From Planctomycetia bacterium (lineage in GTDB: Bacteria > Planctomycetota > Planctomycetia > JALXBF01 > JBGPMX01), in contig DAIOWH010000009.1 of assembly GCA_036758585.1 (NCBI GenBank), positions 1,573 through 65,572 of the forward strand: a stretch of 64,000 bases of DNA, given 5' to 3'. The position numbers were made by a program, and so were the translations under genes. The notes beneath the pieces were generated by a model. That model saw only the letters and a program-made list of their open reading frames with translations. It had not been told where the DNA came from and searched no databases. Positions 60,990-64,000 of this stretch are shown here, one piece after another; the first letter of the stretch is position 1; each line of letters opens with the position of its first letter.

Positions 60990-61604
60990 GTGTCGCAGCC
61001 GTACAACCGAGCAGCCCAATTGCCGCCGCTCGGCGAACTGGATGGCGAAATCGGCGAGTTCTGGATCGGAAACCCTTGGGGATTCCATGGCGAGCGGAAG
61101 AACCTCAGTTGTTATGAGCGCAATCGCCTGTTCGTCAATGACGGTGACCTTCGGTTCTACGATGCCTCCTATTTGAGCGGTACCGACAGCGAGGGAGATG
61201 GCCGCTCAAGCGTCGCCGCCGACCTGAATCGGGACGGAATGCTCGAACTCATTGTGCGCCAAGTCGGGGGCGGAAGCCTGCTGGTCTTCGAGAATCAATT
61301 CCCACGCAAGCGGTTCCTGACCGTGCTCCTCCGGGGTATTCAGAGCAATCGAGCGGGCGTCGGCGCAACCGTGATGCTAAAAGCAGGTGGACAGGTGCAA
61401 ACACGTGAAATGTTCCCTGCGAATTCCTTCATGTCGCAATCGCCGAGCGAAGTTCACTTCGGGTTAGGTGAGGCGGAGGTTGTCGAACAGTTGAGAGTAC
61501 ATTGGCCGTCTGGCGTGATTCAGGAGTTCCACAATCTGCCATCCGACAAGATTCTGCTCATCCAAGAGTCATACGACTCGCCGCACATCATCGCAGCCCG
61601 TTGA
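60990..61604 (+). CDS. UnbV_ASPIC C-terminal domain fragment (same frame as the preceding ORF; one gene interrupted by TGA)
   Basis: 60990-59103 is divisible by 3. Its UnbV_ASPIC C-terminal domain follows the FG-GAP repeats, as in intact paralogs. Confidence 0.55.
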   Translation: MSQPYNRAAQLPPLGELDGEIGEFWIGNPWGFHGERKNLSCYERNRLFVNDGDLRFYDASYLSGTDSEGDGRSSVAADLNRDGMLELIVRQVGGGSLLVFENQFPRKRFLTVLLRGIQSNRAGVGATVMLKAGGQVQTREMFPANSFMSQSPSEVHFGLGEAEVVEQLRVHWPSGVIQEFHNLPSDKILLIQESYDSPHIIAAR

Positions 61605-61621
61605 AGGCGTTCGGTGTGATC

Positions 61622-63388
61622 ATGAGGCAAGTCAGTTCGACGGGTTCTCAGTCGCCCGCTCCACGGGTTCTGCCCTCTCCCATGCTCCTATGGTTTTGCG
61701 GCTTTTGCGTCTCGTGCGCGCGCGTCCCGGCTCCGGTGTCCCGCGCACCAAGCCTCGTGCCTCAGCCTCACGCAAGTACAACGGCGCCGGCCTCGATATT
61801 CTTTACGGACGCGACCGATAACACGGGGCTGAACTGGAGACATGTGAGTGGAACGACGTCCGAAAAACACTTCCCGTCTGCGAATGGTTCGGGCCTAGCC
61901 GTCTTGGACTACGACGGCGACGGTTGGATGGACCTCTATCTTGTCACATCATGCTTCCTGTCAACAAAAGTCGGGATTGATCCGCGGAACGCGGTCTGGC
62001 GCAACCGATCGCAAACGGTTTTCGAGGACGTTACCGTCTCGACCGGACTTGGTGTCGGTGGGTTTGGCCAAGGAGTTGCGGTCGCTGATTTCAACAACGA
62101 TGGATTCCAGGATGTGTACCTGCCCCGATACGGGATGAACGCACTGTTCCGCAATAGCGGCGACGGGACGTTTGTCGACTGCACTGAGGAATCGCAAGCC
62201 GGCGCTTCCACCTGGGGAGTTAGTGCGGCATTCTTCGACTACGACGAGGACGGTAACCTGGATTTGTACGTTGCCAACTATGGAAAATGGTCCGTTGACA
62301 CCAGTGAATTCTGTGGCGATAAAGCGCGAGGTATCCGTATGTACTGCTCTCCACAATCGGTGCCTCCCGAATCACACGTTCTGTTCCACAATACGGGAGT
62401 CGGCGTTTTTGAGGATGTGACTGGCAGTATGGGAATAGACCGCACCGATGGCCGTGGGCAGGGGGTGGTGGCTGCCGACCTCAACGCAGATGGTCATTGC
62501 GACCTCTACGTGGCCAATGACCTCGGCCCAAACTTCCTCTTCATTAACGATGGGCAGGGGAGGTTACTGGACCAAACGGACACCTCCGGTGCAGCATATA
62601 ACGAGATCGGACGCGCCGAAGCGAGCATGGGCGTCGATGCCGGGGACGTTCGTGGCGACGGCAGGGTGAGCCTCTTTGTCACAAACTTCGAGGATGAACA
62701 TAACACGCTCTACGACAGCCTCGGCAGCGGCTTGTTTCAGGATGTTAGTTCCATGTCCGGCGTGGCTGCCGGGAGCATTCCGTACGTGGGTTGGGGCGCC
62801 GCGCTGGAGGATCTCGACAACGACGGCTGGCTTGATATCTTCGTCGCCAACGGCCATGTAGACGACAACCTCCACGACTTCGGTCGCAGTAGCCCTCATG
62901 AGCAACCGGCGGTTATTTGGCGCAATCGCGGCAGAGGGGCTTTCGATGTGGTGCGCGAGGGAGCCGGGGAGTATTTCCTGACTCGCCACTCGAGCCGCGG
63001 GGTCGCCTTCGGCGACCTCGACAACGACGGCGACATTGACCTGGCCATCTCGCACAAGGATGCGCGCCCGACCGTGCTGCGAAACGATTCATGCCAACGC
63101 GAAGCCAGCAAGGACAACGGTTGGATTCAGTTAAGGCTCGTGGGAATCTGCCAAAACCGCGATGCAATTGGGACCGCGGTGGAGGTGCATCTCGATGACC
63201 AACGGCTGCACAGGCAGATTCGAGGCGGAAAGAGTTATGCGTCCGCACACGACTACCGGCTGACTGTCGGAACGGGCAAGGCGCAGAAGATCGACCGACT
63301 GGTCGTCCGGTGGCCCGGCGGCAAGACGACGGGGGCGGTCCCGCCCAAGCTACGATCGACCGTTACGGTCCGCGAGCCGATCGACTAG
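61622..63388 (+). CDS. CRTAC1-family FG-GAP/ASPIC-UnbV repeat protein (secreted)
   Basis: Signal peptide (MLLWFCGFCVSCA). FG-GAP loops (DYDGDGWMDLYLVT, DFNNDGFQDVYLPRYG, DYDEDGNLDLYVANYG, DLNADGHCDLYVAND, DLDNDGWLDIFVANGH, DLDNDGDIDLAISH). UnbV_ASPIC C-terminus. Confidence 0.8.
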   Translation: MRQVSSTGSQSPAPRVLPSPMLLWFCGFCVSCARVPAPVSRAPSLVPQPHASTTAPASIFFTDATDNTGLNWRHVSGTTSEKHFPSANGSGLAVLDYDGDGWMDLYLVTSCFLSTKVGIDPRNAVWRNRSQTVFEDVTVSTGLGVGGFGQGVAVADFNNDGFQDVYLPRYGMNALFRNSGDGTFVDCTEESQAGASTWGVSAAFFDYDEDGNLDLYVANYGKWSVDTSEFCGDKARGIRMYCSPQSVPPESHVLFHNTGVGVFEDVTGSMGIDRTDGRGQGVVAADLNADGHCDLYVANDLGPNFLFINDGQGRLLDQTDTSGAAYNEIGRAEASMGVDAGDVRGDGRVSLFVTNFEDEHNTLYDSLGSGLFQDVSSMSGVAAGSIPYVGWGAALEDLDNDGWLDIFVANGHVDDNLHDFGRSSPHEQPAVIWRNRGRGAFDVVREGAGEYFLTRHSSRGVAFGDLDNDGDIDLAISHKDARPTVLRNDSCQREASKDNGWIQLRLVGICQNRDAIGTAVEVHLDDQRLHRQIRGGKSYASAHDYRLTVGTGKAQKIDRLVVRWPGGKTTGAVPPKLRSTVTVREPID

Positions 63389-64000
63389 CGGGCCGGGCAC
63401 ATCATGCCCCGTCCGCGTTGCCAGCGCGAGCGCGACGTTGCAGCCGCTGGTGAAGGCATCGATGTCGAGGCGTTCGTTCACGGTGTGTACGTTCTGCTGG
63501 CCGGCTCCGAGAGTGACCGTGGGAAGGCCGCGGGCGGAGAGCCAGTTGGCGTCGAGGCCGCCGTTGGAAATCTTCAGTTTTGGTTCCATGCCCACGGCGC
63601 GAATAGCCCGCTGCGCTTCGACCACCGACGGCTCGCTCTCCGCGAGATGAAACGACTCGTAGTGCAGTTCGGCGTCGAACCGCTTGATCCGGCCGGAAAC
63701 GCCGGCTCGGTTCTGGACTCGCTTCGCCGCGTCGTCGAAGGCGTCGCGGAAGGCATCGACGATCTTCTTGCGAAACTTCGGGTCGTGGCTGCGCGCCTCG
63801 GCCCGCAGCGTCACCAGCGGCGTCACGACGTTCGTCGCCTCGCCACCCGAGATCACGCCGATGTTGCTCGTGCCGTGCGATGCGCCCTTCTCCACCAGCC
63901 CGTGCCAGCCGTCGCACGCCAGGTTCGTGATGGCGAGTGCGGCTATGGCGATCGCGCTTGTGCCCATCTCGGGCGCGACGCCCGCGTGACTGGCGACTCC
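63350..64000 (-). CDS. Peptidase M20 family metallohydrolase, C-terminal part (gene continues beyond window end)
   Basis: M20 dimerisation and C-terminal catalytic-domain-like sequence (GGEATNVVTPLVTLRAEARS...; TVNERLDIDAF). The ORF is open to the window edge. Confidence 0.55.
   Translation of the reverse strand, partial: GVASHAGVAPEMGTSAIAIAALAITNLACDGWHGLVEKGASHGTSNIGVISGGEATNVVTPLVTLRAEARSHDPKFRKKIVDAFRDAFDDAAKRVQNRAGVSGRIKRFDAELHYESFHLAESEPSVVEAQRAIRAVGMEPKLKISNGGLDANWLSARGLPTVTLGAGQQNVHTVNERLDIDAFTSGCNVALALATRTGHDVPGPLVDRLADRNGRS

Overview
This is a high-GC (about 65-70%) chromosomal segment with the typical content of a Planctomycetota (Pirellulales-like) genome. Markers of that lineage include DUF1501, DUF1559 (prepilin-type N-terminus) and DUF1573 proteins, many CRTAC1/ASPIC-UnbV FG-GAP proteins, multiheme cytochrome c-TPR fusions, and an N-terminal LExRxLLA secretion motif. 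The window is densely coding, with no rRNA, tRNA or CRISPR array found. GC content drops noticeably (to about 55-60%) from roughly 35 kb onward.

The 5' third holds a photoreactivation cluster: class II CPD photolyase, an SDR-DUF2867-TspO fusion, a YbgA-like DUF523/DUF1722 protein and an alpha/beta hydrolase. Housekeeping genes follow, including proS, a WecA-like glycosyltransferase, an O-antigen-ligase/TPR protein and a 2-hydroxyacid dehydrogenase. This part also carries an ECF sigma factor paired with a 1724-aa anti-sigma/alpha-2-macroglobulin thioester fusion.

The middle of the window carries the candidate conflict and mobile content:
- a DprA-like (SLOG) protein fused to a C-terminal domain with DarT/DUF4433-like ADP-ribosyltransferase motifs;
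- a 960-aa Calx-beta surface protein;
- a low-GC, Shine-Dalgarno-bearing Hint-domain polymorphic-toxin CDS with a downstream immunity-like gene;
- an orphan HicB-like antitoxin;
- a eukaryote-like D-amino-acid oxidase gene broken by two frameshifts.

The 3' 22 kb is an array of paralogous modules: multiheme cytochrome c(-TPR), CRTAC1/ASPIC and membrane-anchored TPR genes. One ASPIC gene in this array is split by an in-frame TGA.

A family of long GC-rich palindromic repeats sharing a CGTTTAAC / GCCGCAGGCGAG core recurs in intergenic regions. Two near-identical copies bracket the O-antigen-ligase gene.
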